Position numbers and translations under genes: made by a program. Source: Eledone cirrhosa (taxonomy: Eukaryota). From it: a DNA stretch of 64,000 bases. Below are positions 1 to 12,148 of this stretch, piece by piece; positions within the stretch are counted from its first letter, which is position 1; each line of letters begins with the position of its first letter. A model generated the notes under the pieces. It had not been told where the DNA came from. It saw only the letters and a program-made list of their open reading frames with translations, and made no database searches. The stretch is from the NCBI GenBank assembly GCA_964016885.1, contig OZ024743.1, forward strand, positions 26,102,001 through 26,166,000, read 5' to 3'.

Positions 1-65
1 ACCCTGGCAAGTAGATTTAAATTTAAAAAAAAGCAATGATTTACAAGGATTAAAACTTAATAAAA

Positions 66-136
66 TGCATCGGCCGGGAATCGAACCCGGGCCGCCCGCG
101 TGGCAGGCGAGCATTCTACCACTGAACCACCGATGC
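66..136 (-). tRNA. tRNA-Gly (anticodon GCC)
   Basis: The reverse complement is GCATCGGTGGTTCAGTGGTAGAATGCTCGCCTGCCACGCGGGCGGCCCGGGTTCGATTCCCGGCCGATGCA. This is a 71-nt cloverleaf with acceptor stem GCATCGG/CCGATGC, A and B boxes and anticodon loop CTGCCAC, followed immediately by TTTT (Pol III terminator). Confidence 0.97.
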
Positions 137-296
137 TCGCAAGAAAAATGCTTTAATTATATTCATATCTAGCGTTGCAATTATATTTGTATCCAATGTG
201 ATGTTGCAAAATTCCGTTTCTCTTCAACATATATCTCCTTTACTAACTATTATAACACATCAGATGTTTGAACATAATTCACTTGAAAATCCATCG

Positions 297-497
297 CATC
301 TTGCTTCTTCTTCTTCTTCTTCTTCTTCTTCGCCCACTTATTCCTGAGAGGTTTGGGGGGGGGGGGGGGGGGTAGAATCCCCAAACACTCCTTCCAGCGG
401 ACCCTGTCAGAGGCAGCCGTCTCCAACTGATTCGGCTGATGCGTCTCCAACTGATGCGACTACCTGAGTTCATGGATGTTATCCAACCATCTTGCTT
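297..497 (-). mobile_element. 5'-truncated RTE-like LINE 3' end with (AAG)n tail
   Basis: The minus strand reads QLETAASDRVRWKECL (RTE-type C-terminal A.DR..W motif) and then an (AAG)n tail. It is flanked by the direct repeat CATCTTGCTT (~297 and ~488), a likely TSD. A related 3' end lies at ~38020-38188 (+). Confidence 0.55.
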
Positions 498-811
498 GGG
501 TCTACTTCTTCCATTTATATATCACATCTCCGATATTACGGGCATGGGGTTAGAATGCCTCAGGATAGAATCGCTAAACATTCATTATTATAGGTTAAAT
601 AGTTTTGATAATATATAAAATAAATTATTTTTATGAAAAGAAATCTAATTTTAAGGTATTCATTATCAATGAAATGAAACTCAACAATCGATAATATTAA
701 AATACTTTATTTTTCAATTACAACATTTTTGCATTGCATATATAAATTTTCTAATATGATGAATACACTGATGGTTTACATAGCGTCATCTGATTTTAAC
801 AATGAAATGGT

Positions 812-850
812 TTAGTAGAAGTTCGCCCATGGAGTTCGGAAACTGTATTC
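812..850 (-). CDS. Terminal coding exon EYSFRTPWANFY*
   Basis: Acceptor ttttgtag|GAA, phase 0, TAA stop at 814-812. Confidence 0.65.
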   Translation of the reverse strand, partial: EYSFRTPWANFY

Positions 851-1199
851 CTACAAAAGACAAAGAAAATATAGTTTTTATTCAAGAGAATAAGTGACTT
901 GGATATTAGGCAGCAATGGCAATACTCTGTCTCAGAAACATATTGTATATTATTCAATATACAAACCTCTTATGCATGTGTGTATACAGCCAGGGCCGGT
1001 GCCAGACTATCTGGCACCCTAGGCAAGGTTCGATTCTGTTGCCTCTTCCCCGGGAAAATATAAATTTCAAATTGGAGAAGAGAAAAAGGAAAGCTGAGCT
1101 GCTTATGATGTTCTCAAAGCATTAGCTACGTAAATGGCCTGAAGTGGTTCAAACTTTTAATGGAAACATCGCTACATAGAATGCTGGTTTCCATCTTTA

Positions 1200-1395
1200 A
1201 TTGTAATTGTTTCTACTTTTGGCACAGGGCCAGCAATTAAATCAGTGTATTACTGGTACATTATTTTATCAACCCCGTAAGGATGAAAGACAAAATTAAC
1301 CTCGGTGGGATTTGAACTCAGACCATAAGGGGCCGTAACTATTTGCTGCAAAGTATGGCGTCCGACCCTCTACCGATACTGCTAATCCACCGCTC
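1200..1395 (-). mobile_element. tRNA-derived SINE (most abundant family in the window)
   Basis: A-box/B-box head (GGCAGTATCGGTAG...GAGTTCAAATCC), core CTTTCATCCTTACGGGGTCGATAAAATAAAGTACCAG and tail GGCCTTGTGCCAAAAGTAGAAACAAT. TSD CATCTTTAATTGTAAT on both sides. Other copies lie at ~3541-3618, 9270-9405, 9745-9965, 12440-12590, 15375-15565, 40760-41200, 49948-50245 and 51670-51855. Confidence 0.85.
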
Positions 1396-1424
1396 ATCTT
1401 TAATTGTAATAATTTGTTTTTTAC

Positions 1425-1547
1425 CCTATAGTTTCGTTTGTCAGATGGGTAATCATAACAGTTTTGGTGGGAACTAAACCGGACTGCTCTATCGTTTGCT
1501 TTTTCGTTTGCCAAATACTCTTCTGGTTCATCTACTGGTTTGTTCTG
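1425..1547 (-). CDS. Exon QNKPVDEPEEYLANEKANDRAVRFSSHQNCYDYPSDKRNYR
   Basis: Polypyrimidine tract plus ttgcag| acceptor, |gtaaaa donor, 123 nt, phase 0/0. Confidence 0.8.
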
Positions 1548-1793
1548 CTGCAATAAAAAAAAGAAGAAAAAGTAATAATGTATATACATGAAACAAAATT
1601 ATAATTCATTGTTTCTGAGACGGTGAGATTGATCAGGGATTTCGAGACTAGAAACAGGTAGCGGCGTAACCACTACCTGCTAATTGATATATTGATCTAC
1701 CAAACCAATCAACGCTCTGACACGACCGTAAAACAATGAACTAATTAAATGACTTTTGTTTTATTTTCATTGTTCAATACACACGCACACACA

Positions 1794-2264
<471 letters not shown>

Positions 2265-2349
2265 CGTAAATACATACATACATACATACATACATACATA
2301 CATACATACATACATACATACATACATACATACATACATACATACATGG

Positions 2350-2800
2350 TGGCTGCCAACTCGTTTTCGAGTACGGCCACTACTTTATATCCATGTAGGA
2401 GAACCTCTACCGATGCGCTGAACGAGTGTGACTTTTTAGTCCAGCCAGCGACTTGAAAACTCTGGTACAAACACTACACCTGTGACAATTATTGACACAT
2501 AGTACTGGGCCCATGGTACCATGTGACGACAAGTGCAGAGAGATCTCCAGATATAAAGCAATGCCTGTGCCGTGAAGCTTTTATAGTGAGCAAAGGCACT
2601 GCACAAAGCCAGTCCCACTCTCTTAACCAAGATGATATTTACCAAAAAGAAGAACAAGTCAACATCATTGGATGCCATCAGGGTTGCAGGTATTATATCA
2701 GAGTTTTCCTTCTCCTAGAATTCTGCCTTGACAAAGGCTAAGGGGTCATCTCTCCCGGTGATTTTGGATGGCCATTGACTCTTAAGAGCTCCTTTGCCCT
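2350..2800 (-). mobile_element. ~430-bp non-autonomous retroelement with (TATG)n tail
   Basis: Near-identical inverted copy at 59490-59898. Contains TCTAGGAGAAGGAAAACTCTGA, also seen at 50950-51270, 53375-53600 and 59180-59428. Flanked by (CATA)n. Confidence 0.75.
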
Positions 2801-2804
2801 CTCA

Positions 2805-2838
<34 letters not shown>

Positions 2839-3151
2839 CATATGTATGTACGTACGTACGTACGTACATACATATATACACAGATGTGCGCACTTATTTA
2901 CCAACCAATTATCCTCAAATATACCCTTTTACTAAAATCGATTCCTAATATCTACTCTAACCTCTGCATTGATATCATTTTATAAGTTATGTAGAACTGT
3001 ATATATTATAACAACAATATAACTAAAGTCACACCCTTATAGGGAGTTTTATCTACTAATTTCATGAATAATCTTAGCTTACTGAAACTGCTTAAGTCCC
3101 TGTATTACATGGGAAAACCGACTGTACATATATATCTAGCTTGATACTTAC

Positions 3152-3271
3152 TGCCTCCAATTCATGTTTGAAGAAGATTTGGTTTATATTTGAAATACGA
3201 TTTCCTAAATTTGAATTTCTTGGTGCACCACCTCCGGGTTTGCCCCATACTCCATTAAAAGTCTCTTGATG
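3152..3271 (-). CDS. Exon HQETFNGVWGKPGGGAPRNSNLGNRISNINQIFFKHELEA
   Basis: tttatag| acceptor, |gtaagt donor, 120 nt, phase 0/0; carries the WGKPGGGAP motif. Confidence 0.85.
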
Positions 3272-5543
3272 CTATAAATAAACATCAGCAAGTGTAACAA
3301 TAACAATAATAGAGAATAAATAATTAATTTGATACAAAATATATTGATACTCAGCTATTTTATCGAAGTTTTGAACGATTTTGTTTTACATATGGAAATA
3401 TAAATATTCACATAAAATGATAAATATTCAGACAACGAAACAAACGACGAGACAAGCAATGAGACAACTAGGAATTTTCTACATGGTCTACCTTGTTAGA
3501 ATTCACTGCCAAATCTCCATTAAATTATTTTACTATTGTAAATAATTGTTTCTACTTTTGGCACAAGGCCAGCAAATCCCCAGTGCATTACTGGTACTTT
3601 ATTTTATCGACCCCGTAATGTAGTCTAAGATATCGTTGTTGTTTAGCTTAAGGCCAGTCTTGTCGAGCGAATTTATGATTGCAGGCTTTTCAGTGATGTC
3701 TGTCTCGCTTGTTTTAAAACTGTTTTGAATTAAGAGAAATTTGACTCATATTTGCAGCAGATTTTATTTATACAAATCTCAAACATTTATATTTATGTAA
3801 AGGGATTTAGACACATGGTAATATATAGTAATTAGTTCGTTGTTTATTTCATTAGAGTTGGGTTCAGTAATGACCGATGTAGATTTTTATATAATAGGCC
3901 ATTATACCTTAACCCATTCTAAACCCTGGTGCTGTTTAAAACTGCTCATGAAATATAAATGTTGAGAGTACTATGTAGAATTGATTGTTGTATTGGTGCA
4001 AACGGATTTTTTTTTTTAGTGGGATTACTGTTTTTAATGACATCAGTCCGATAAATTATGCATTTATGAATGTATTTCCCTTGTAAAGGGCAGAACTACA
4101 TATTTAGGCAATTGTGTGTCAGTTTTTTAACTCCTGTCTGTTTGCAATATCTTTACATTGTCAACCTTTACATTTTTTGTATTCTACTGCATCCTAGCTT
4201 GAGGTCGTTTTGATTAAATAACTGATTACATAAATGAATGCTAGAATAGGAGTGTTGATAAGAGGGTTCCTCTACTATACTGGCTTTTACATTGATGTTA
4301 TTTGATTGTACCAAGTTATATTTCCAACATTAAGAGACAAACGAATTATCCACTATACACACGCGCCAAATTGAATCACTATCATACGAGGGTAAACATT
4401 ATATTTTCAAACAGAACTATCTTAAACAATGTCCTAGACTATTACAAACAGACATTACAAAGAAACAATTAAGTAGTTATAATAGGAAAAGATGTATGCA
4501 AAGTTGTCAATATTATAGATGTGTGGTGACAGGGAATGCAGCACTGCGGATCTAGCGAGCATTGTCTAGGCGCCTATGAGAGAGGGGTAAAGGTGGAGTA
4601 GGGGAAGTAACATCTTTTAACGAGAGATGAGAGACTGATAGAGCTCCGACAGTCAACTTAATTAGTAAGTTCTTATGCTAGACATGATTGAAAAGTTTGC
4701 TAATATCAAAGATAATAATACTGATTTTCCCCAAAATTCTCCGAAATGAGAAACCACTGGTCCATGATAAAGTAAAACATTTCTTCAGTTATTGAAATAT
4801 CCAATTACAAATAAAGAACCTAGGACGTCTGGAAGTTGTGGACCTTATTTATGGCGGTATATCTAGGGATATATCTGAGTAGATATCTCAGGGTCAATAC
4901 AGGTCAAGCACTTAGCTATCCTCACATGTGTTGTCATCCAAAAAGCTGATGGAAGATCGGCAACTCTGATTTTGTCGTGTGATAGTATGATGTAAGTGAT
5001 GTTGTCTTGATTAACCAGACGTTAGACGACTCTACTGAGGCAGAGGTGGTCATGATGGGATAAAGACTAGATTGGAGGCAAGAGAAACTTATGAATGTTT
5101 GCATAGTTGATGTTTTGGTGAGTGGAAAAATGCAGATAGTTGTGGATTGTAAACGTTTCAAACTCTGTGTTAGTAGTACTTAACTGCTATTTTATTTTAT
5201 CAACCCCGGGAGGATGAAAGGCAAATTTCATCTCAATAGAATTGAACTCAGAATGTAAAAAGTTCTAACAATTCTACCATTCACCATTCGAATATTTGTT
5301 TCTAACATAGACCCAGGGGTAGATATTTTGGAGAAGTTAGTCGATTACATTTATCTCAGTACTTGGTTTTATCGACCAAGAAAGAAACAAAATTAACCTA
5401 GAAGTAAGACCTGTCTGTTATAATTGAGATAATGTTCGCTTCCTGATGGAGAAGAAGAAAAAAAACAATAGTCAAGGTTTGTAGTCAACATCTCTATCTC
5501 TGTCTTCACAGAAGATGTCATGCTTTAATTTGGAAGCGCTTAC

Positions 5544-5675
5544 CTGTTTCTCTTGCTGCTTCATTTTGAGTTTTTCAAGTTCTCTTAGACGATAACGTTC
5601 TTCAGCTGCCGAGATTAAATCATTGCAGTAACTAATTTTAAACTTTGGATCTTCTGGTGAATGATAACCCATTTT
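5544..5675 (-). CDS. Exon KMGYHSPEDPKFKISYCNDLISAAEERYRLRELEKLKMKQQEKQ
   Basis: ttacag| acceptor, |gtaagc donor, 132 nt, phase 0/0; coiled-coil-like composition. Confidence 0.85.
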
Positions 5676-6193
5676 CTGTAATATATATAAATTTAATCCC
5701 AAAGAGAAGAAACTGGAACATTTTTCCCTTAAAGTTCCTTATACTCGAAAGAAGGGAATTTTAAGTCCAAAATATTAGGACGAAAGAAACAACAGCAACA
5801 ACCAAATAAAAAAATAAAATTAAGATTATCAGGTAACTTAGTTTTTCGTTACCTTCGTCTTACAGTCCATTTTGCATTTTTAGCCTTATATCACTTTCCA
5901 CATTATATATCATATACAATGCTTCAAGCAAACTACAACATTTTATTATTTATATGTAACAGATGATCGGCTCTATGTCTTAATCAATATGAAAAGCCTG
6001 ACCCCAGTATCGATCTTCTCATCATACGTATAGATTTGAATCAAAATATTTCTTCTGGAAGTCTGCAAAATGTGTCACTTTCGATAATAAATTAAATATT
6101 TTAAAGTGAAACTACTTCGTTCTTTTATACATAATATATATATATTTCCATCTCATCTCCGTCTTTCTCTATATGTATATATATATATATATA

Positions 6194-6654
6194 TACGATA
6201 TTAAACAAATGGAAACTATATTTATATTTATAAAACCATATTTATTTCGTTATATATATTTTCTGGGATATCATATTAAAAATATGTTATGCCTTCCTCA
6301 GACAAAATACAATACATAAGCTGTTTTATAAATAATTAGTGACATACCTTGTGATAATGCAACTTCCTTTTAAAAGATCAACTTTTTAAAAGGAAGTTGC
6401 ATTATCACAAGGTATGTCACTAATTATTTATAAAACAGCTTATGTATTGTATTTTGTCTGAGGAAGGCATAACATATTTTTAATATGATATCCCAGAAAA
6501 TATATATAACGAAATAAATATGGTTTTATAAATATAAATATAGTTTCCATTTGTTTAATATCGTAAACCTACTCCAGAAACTGTTGAGTGCTTTTATATC
6601 AGTTATAAAATATTTACTCGTTGTAACCCAACAATCTTAAATAAAACTTTTGCA
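6194..6654 (+). mobile_element. Fold-back element with 182-bp perfect inverted arms and ~90-bp tail, between (TA)n tracts
   Basis: 6194-6375 is the reverse complement of 6384-6565. CTGAGGA at 6458-6464; the tail contains ACTCCAGAAACTGTTGAGTGC. Confidence 0.75.
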
Positions 6655-6893
6655 TATATATATATATATATATACATATATAGTGGCTTTTTGTTCTCAA
6701 GATCATTGGCAAAAGTAGAGGACATCTATCGTGACATGAGTAAATTATTGGACAGTCAAAGTTAACATTTTCAGCTATAAGTGAAGTATAGTGTATTTTA
6801 TCTCCTTATTTATTTAATATTAAAAGATAACTATTTTTCTTTCCTTGTCTTTTTCAATAAACAGAAAATGTGACATAATATATTAATATTTAC

Positions 6894-7007
6894 ATTTTTT
6901 GATACATCTGATGTTCGTAGATGGTTATCGAGAAGTATTCCTGTGTAGGGATCACGACGTGGTTTTCCAACTTTACCCATTCCAATAACGGCAGCTAATT
7001 CCCCAAC
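6894..7007 (-). CDS. Exon VGELAAVIGMGKVGKPRRDPYTGILLDNHLRTSDVSKN
   Basis: tttttctttttag| acceptor, |gtaaat donor, 114 nt, phase 0/0. Confidence 0.85.
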
Positions 7008-7159
7008 CTAAAAAGAAAAACATTAGATAGCTTTGTTGAGTTCTCGGCTAATATATTTATGATACGGTCTACGTAAGGAATATTATCCATATTGTAAAAC
7101 ACTGAGAAGAAAGTAAACACAACATATAAAATAGTGGGTCTGTGATTTCGTATTGGTTA

Positions 7160-7219
<60 letters not shown>

Positions 7220-7304
7220 AAGTATTTCCGTAGGAAAGGTAAAGGGAAAGAGAGTGCTCTATGTAGGCTACAGAGCTTTTTTAGTTATATATATATATAT
7301 ATAT

Positions 7305-7510
7305 GAAAATGTTCAGGACCCCGACGGCAGAGCTCAAGCTGTTTCGACGGCTGTTTCTGGACTGAATTCAGTCCAGAAATAGCCGTCGAAACGGCTTGAG
7401 CTCTGCCATCGGGGTCCTGAACATTTTCCTATTACTCACTCTACTACCCTAAGTATTGAGTACTCTGGTGCGTTATGGTCCATCTTGTTCCTTACCACAC
7501 TTCCTTCGTT
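7305..7510 (+). mobile_element. Fold-back pLTR derivative, family B
   Basis: Palindrome 7305-7428 centred on CTGAATTCAG, followed by the family-B tail; (TA)n on both sides. Confidence 0.75.
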
Positions 7511-7538
7511 ATTTATATATATATATATATACATATAC

Positions 7539-7572
<34 letters not shown>

Positions 7573-7622
7573 CATATATATATACATATATATATACATA
7601 TACTATATATATATACATATAC

Positions 7623-7654
<32 letters not shown>

Positions 7655-7668
7655 CATATATATATATA

Positions 7669-8032
7669 GTGAAAACTGGAACGGGAACGAAAACAGAGAG
7701 GCAGTACAAACAAAGGTTTATTAGTTTCACTCTCTTGAGAGTAGGGGGGGGCGTTTCGGGCATAACCCTTCCTCAGGAGAAAAGTGGGTGGGAAGAGAGT
7801 TCCGAGGGTGTGTGGGGGAGTGGTGGATAGACATTTAGAAAAAAGGGGAGGAGAGAAAAGGGAGGAAAAACGGTGGAAGGGGTACAAATAAAAATAAAAA
7901 TAAACATAAAGATAGACAAGTGGTGGAAGGGTGTGGGGAATGTAGGGGTGGTGGCGGGTGGAGTAGGGAGAGGGAGGCAGGAGGTCCGAGCGGGGAGGTC
8001 TGAAGGTGGTGTTTGTGTATGTGTGTAGGTGT

Positions 8033-8087
<55 letters not shown>

Positions 8088-9229
8088 AATGTGGGAGTTG
8101 GGGGACGAATGAGGTTCCATGTTTAGGAAACGTGTGTGGGGGTGGGGTGTAGGTCGGTGTGTGCGTGCGTGTGGATGGGGTGGGGTCAGAGGGGGGCTGA
8201 GTGTGTATATGTGGGGGCACGCACGTGTGTGTTGGTGTTTATACGTAGTGTGGATGTAGGTGGCGTGGTTCGAAAATAATTGTGAGTGTATGTCCGTGGG
8301 TAAGTTCCTAAGGTAGTGTCGTGGAGTGTGCGTAGGGATGCCGGATATGTTTCATGTTATGGAGTGGATAGCTGGAACGATGACCGGTGGTGCGTAATCC
8401 GTTGGTTGTGGTGGTCGGAAGTAGGGAGATGTGGGGTGCGTGCGCAACAGGAAGTGGTCAGAGGGTCAAGGCAGGATGAAGGCATAGCAGTAGAGGAGAA
8501 TGACAGGTGGAGAAAGTCAGTGTGTGGTGAGGACTGTGCGTCTGTGTGTGCGGAGGTGCGGTGGACAGGGGAGAGGATGGGTAGGTGTGAAAGGTGGAGT
8601 GGGAAGGGGGTCATGTGGAGGGATGGGGTGTGTATTAGTAGAGGTGTTAGTGGGATGTGTGTATGTGTGTGAAGGGGTGTGGGTGGAGCGGGGAGAGGGA
8701 GAGAAAGGTGTGGGTGACGGTGGAGGGAGTGTAGTGTACTGGTGTGTGTGTGCGTGTTTGGATAAGTGTGTGTGGTAAAGGGGGTGTTAGTATACTGGTG
8801 GTGGGGAAAGGGTTGAATGCGGGTGTGTTAGTGGGGGTTAGTGGTGGTTGGGTGTGTAGTGGGTGGTGTATTTAGGTGTGAGTGTGTGGGGGGGAAGTGT
8901 GTGTTCAGGGGATGTTAGTGGTATTAGTTGTGGGGTAGTTGGAGTGAATGTGTGGGTGAGGGTTAGTGGTGGTAGTAGGGTGTGTGCGTGTATATATGTA
9001 CAGGTGGGTGTGTGCGTGATAGGGGGGGTGAGGATGTTAGTATTGTTAGTTTGGGGAGGGGGGACGGGGGGTGTTAGTATTGTTAGTTGTGGGGTGGGCC
9101 AAGGGGGTGGGCGTTGAAAAGGAGGAGTGTGTTAGTGGTGTTAGTGGGGGATATGTGTGTGGGGGAGGGGGGTGGAACAAGGCGGTCGAAGGCTAAAGGA
9201 ATAGGGGTGGGGAGTTCAAGCCGGGGGGA

Positions 9230-9232
<3 letters not shown>
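7669..9232 (-). mobile_element. Degenerate Penelope-like element remnant (GIY-YIG-like trace plus hammerhead-like pLTR)
   Basis: The minus strand reads HNQRITHHRSSFQL..HET, resembling the PLE GIY-YIG R..NH.SSF..KHET segment. Downstream is CTGAGGAAGGGTTATGCCCGAAAC (7752-7780). Bounded by (TA)n; very G/T-rich on the plus strand. Confidence 0.5.
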
Positions 9233-9261
<29 letters not shown>

Positions 9262-10014
9262 TACAATATGGCATAAAGGTGGTAAACTGACAGCATTGCT
9301 AGGAAGTCGGACAAAAGGTTGTGTTACGGTCCTTTACGTTCTGAGTTCAAATCCCACCATGTTCAACTTTACATTCCATTCTTCTGGGATGGATACAAAG
9401 AAGTACATGTAACAGCGTTTTTTTTAACCAGGGGTTTGTGTCAAGTACATCAACACAAACATGGGCACATGCGCACATACATGTGCAGTCATACATTCTG
9501 ACATACATGCAGATACACCTACAATACATATAGACGATGGGCTTCTGCTAAATTTCACAGCCAATGTATTGGTCAATTCGAAGTTATAGAAGACATGCTC
9601 AGTCTGAAATATATATTTACATATTGAGATCAAATCCAGAACCATGTGGTTGTGAAACAAACTCTTTCAAAATGCAGCCATGAAATGCTAGTACCTATAA
9701 AGGTAGCAAGAAAGGAGGAACTCGTGGAATAACCTAATCTCCAATAATGGTTTCTGATTTAGGCACAAGGCCAACAATTTTGGGGGGAAGAGAAAGTCGA
9801 TTAAATCGGCCCCAATACGTTACTGGTACTTTATTTTATCGACCCCGTAAAGATGAAAGGCAAAGCTAACCTCGGCGGGATTTTAACTCAGAACGTAAAG
9901 AGACGTAACTATATACCGCAAAGCCTATTGCCCAACACTCTACTGACACTGCCAATCTAGCCACCCTTACCTGATCTCCAATAATGACACATTAAAACAT
10001 TCAAAATGACCTAC

Positions 10015-10076
10015 CGGAGCGTTGATTTCTCTTCTCATTTCTTCTTTCCTTTTTCGTTGTTCTTCCATACCCTTTT
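10015..10076 (-). CDS. Exon (K)KGMEEQRKRKEEMRREINAP
   Basis: ttttcccag| acceptor, |gtaggt donor, 62 nt, phase 1/0, matching both neighbouring exons. Confidence 0.8.
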
Positions 10077-10114
10077 CTGGGAAAATTGCACAATATATAT
10101 ATATATTATATAAG

Positions 10115-10303
10115 TTATTCCGAGTTGAATCGGAGGTAACCGCAGTAAGTAAGGTACTCAATACATAGCAGAGTATACAAGTTTTAATATAGAAGAGCTT
10201 CTACAGGACTAGAACTGTTTCGTTCGTGAGAAATCATCAGGAAGCTCTGGGCTTCCTGATGAAACAGTTCTAGTCCTGTAGAAGCTCTTCTATATTAAAA
10301 ATA
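10115..10303 (-). mobile_element. Fold-back pLTR derivative, family A
   Basis: Inverted arms 10182-10222 and 10260-10300 with the family-A tail on the left; (TA)n flanks. Confidence 0.75.
10195..10247 (-). ncRNA. Type I hammerhead ribozyme (family A)
   Basis: Minus strand: GAGCTTC-CTGATGA-TTTCTCACGAAC-GAA-ACAG-TTCTAGTC-CTGT-A-GAAGCTC. Helix I is 7 bp, the core is intact, helix III is 4 bp and the cleavage triplet is GUA. Confidence 0.8.
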
Positions 10304-10909
10304 TATATATTATATAAGTATATTAAATCATTATAAATTTGCAAAAGAATTAATAATAAACAAGTATAGCATTGTATTAAGAAACTGAATGTTACTGATT
10401 GTTGTATATAAAACTAATGTTTCAATTTAGTTTGTTTTTCAAAAGGAAACCAAAAATAATGTCATAGAGATGTAACGTTATACATAAACGTATACATGCA
10501 TACACATATACATAAGGCAAAGAAGGTGCAATACAAGACATTTCAACGCAAATGTTAAGAATAATATATATATATATATATACACACTTCGTTTTTTTAA
10601 TTTGTTTTGCAAGATTTCTTATTTGAAAATGTGTGTTGAAACAGATATTGTTATACTTTGGGAAGGTCATGCTGCAAATGTAAACACACGCACCTCTTGA
10701 ATTTCACTTCAATTTATTATAAATTTCCGGTTAGTTAGTTCAATAAGCGGATGGTTGTTTATATATTGTCAAAGCTTTTTCGTCACAGTGACTAATTTCT
10801 AATTTTGTGTCTCTTCTTATTGAACCAACCAACCGGAAATTTATAATAAATTGAAGTAAAAACCTACAGTTGCGTGTGTTATTATTGACAGCATGACCCT
10901 CCCAAAGTA

Positions 10910-10987
<78 letters not shown>

Positions 10988-10991
<4 letters not shown>

Positions 10992-11190
10992 ATAGAAGGA
11001 GCTTCTACAGGACTAGTACTGTTTCATTCAGATGAAATCTTCATGAAGATTTCATCTTCCTGAAGATTTCATCTGAATGAAACAGTACTAGTCCTGTAGA
11101 AGCTCCTTCTATAAAATAAAAAATTTTTACTCTGCCATGTATTGAGTACCTTACTTACTGTGGTTATCCCCGACTCAACCCGGGACCTAC
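10988..11190 (+). mobile_element. Fold-back pLTR derivative, family A, with hammerhead at 11056-11102
   Basis: Palindrome 10988-11116; CTTC-CTGAAGA-TTTCATCTGAAT-GAA-ACAG-TACTAGTC-CTGT-A-GAAG; family-A tail; (TA)n on both sides. Confidence 0.78.
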
Positions 11191-11227
<37 letters not shown>

Positions 11228-11307
11228 CTCTATGGTTCTTATATATTTGATATATATTTATCCTTATCGAGCCCTCTTTGGATTTTAGTCTTCAAATTTA
11301 TTATTAT

Positions 11308-11424
<117 letters not shown>

Positions 11425-11425
11425 C

Positions 11426-11474
<49 letters not shown>

Positions 11475-11481
11475 CATATAC

Positions 11482-11517
<36 letters not shown>

Positions 11518-12081
11518 ATATATATATTATATTATATATATATATGTAGATAATTCTACCAAAATATACGGTAGTGTCCAATCCGTATGAAGAACTCAAT
11601 GTAATCCAAATATGAAAATAGAAGATGCATTCAAAAATTTTCGATGAAAATCATAGGAAAACAGGGTCAAGATAAATTAATAAAAACAATGAAATAAAAA
11701 CAAAGAACAAGTTCCTTATATTAAAATATATATATACATACATATACATATATAAATATACATATATATATACATATATATATATATTAAGGAAAAAGAA
11801 CAAAGGAACTTTTATGACATTATAACAAGTTTATTGCCGACAGCCGTTTCGTCCGACCATATGGTGGGACTTTTCAATCATCGCGATTTACGTACGACCT
11901 ACCATACATCTTGCTTATATATATATATATATATATTTATTTATGTATATAATATTTTTAATATTTGCTTAGAAATATATCTTGTATTGCGTCGTATTTG
12001 CCAGGTGTAAAATAATCCAAATTAGTATTTCTAATCCAGATATGATATTTTTTGTTTCAAGATATTATATCACCTACTTAC

Positions 12082-12148
12082 TTAATTCTTCCATGTAGAC
12101 CCTAGCTGCGCGTGCTCTCATCGTCTCTGACGGGGACTGGATTCTGTT
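12082..12148 (-). CDS. Exon NRIQSPSETMRARAARVYMEEL
   Basis: aaag| acceptor, |gtaagt donor, 67 nt, phase 0/1. Confidence 0.75.

Noticed and set aside
550-573. Alternative terminal exon RFYPEAF*
   Set aside because: The acceptor is weak, and the 812-850 exon has a better acceptor and a downstream AATAAA.
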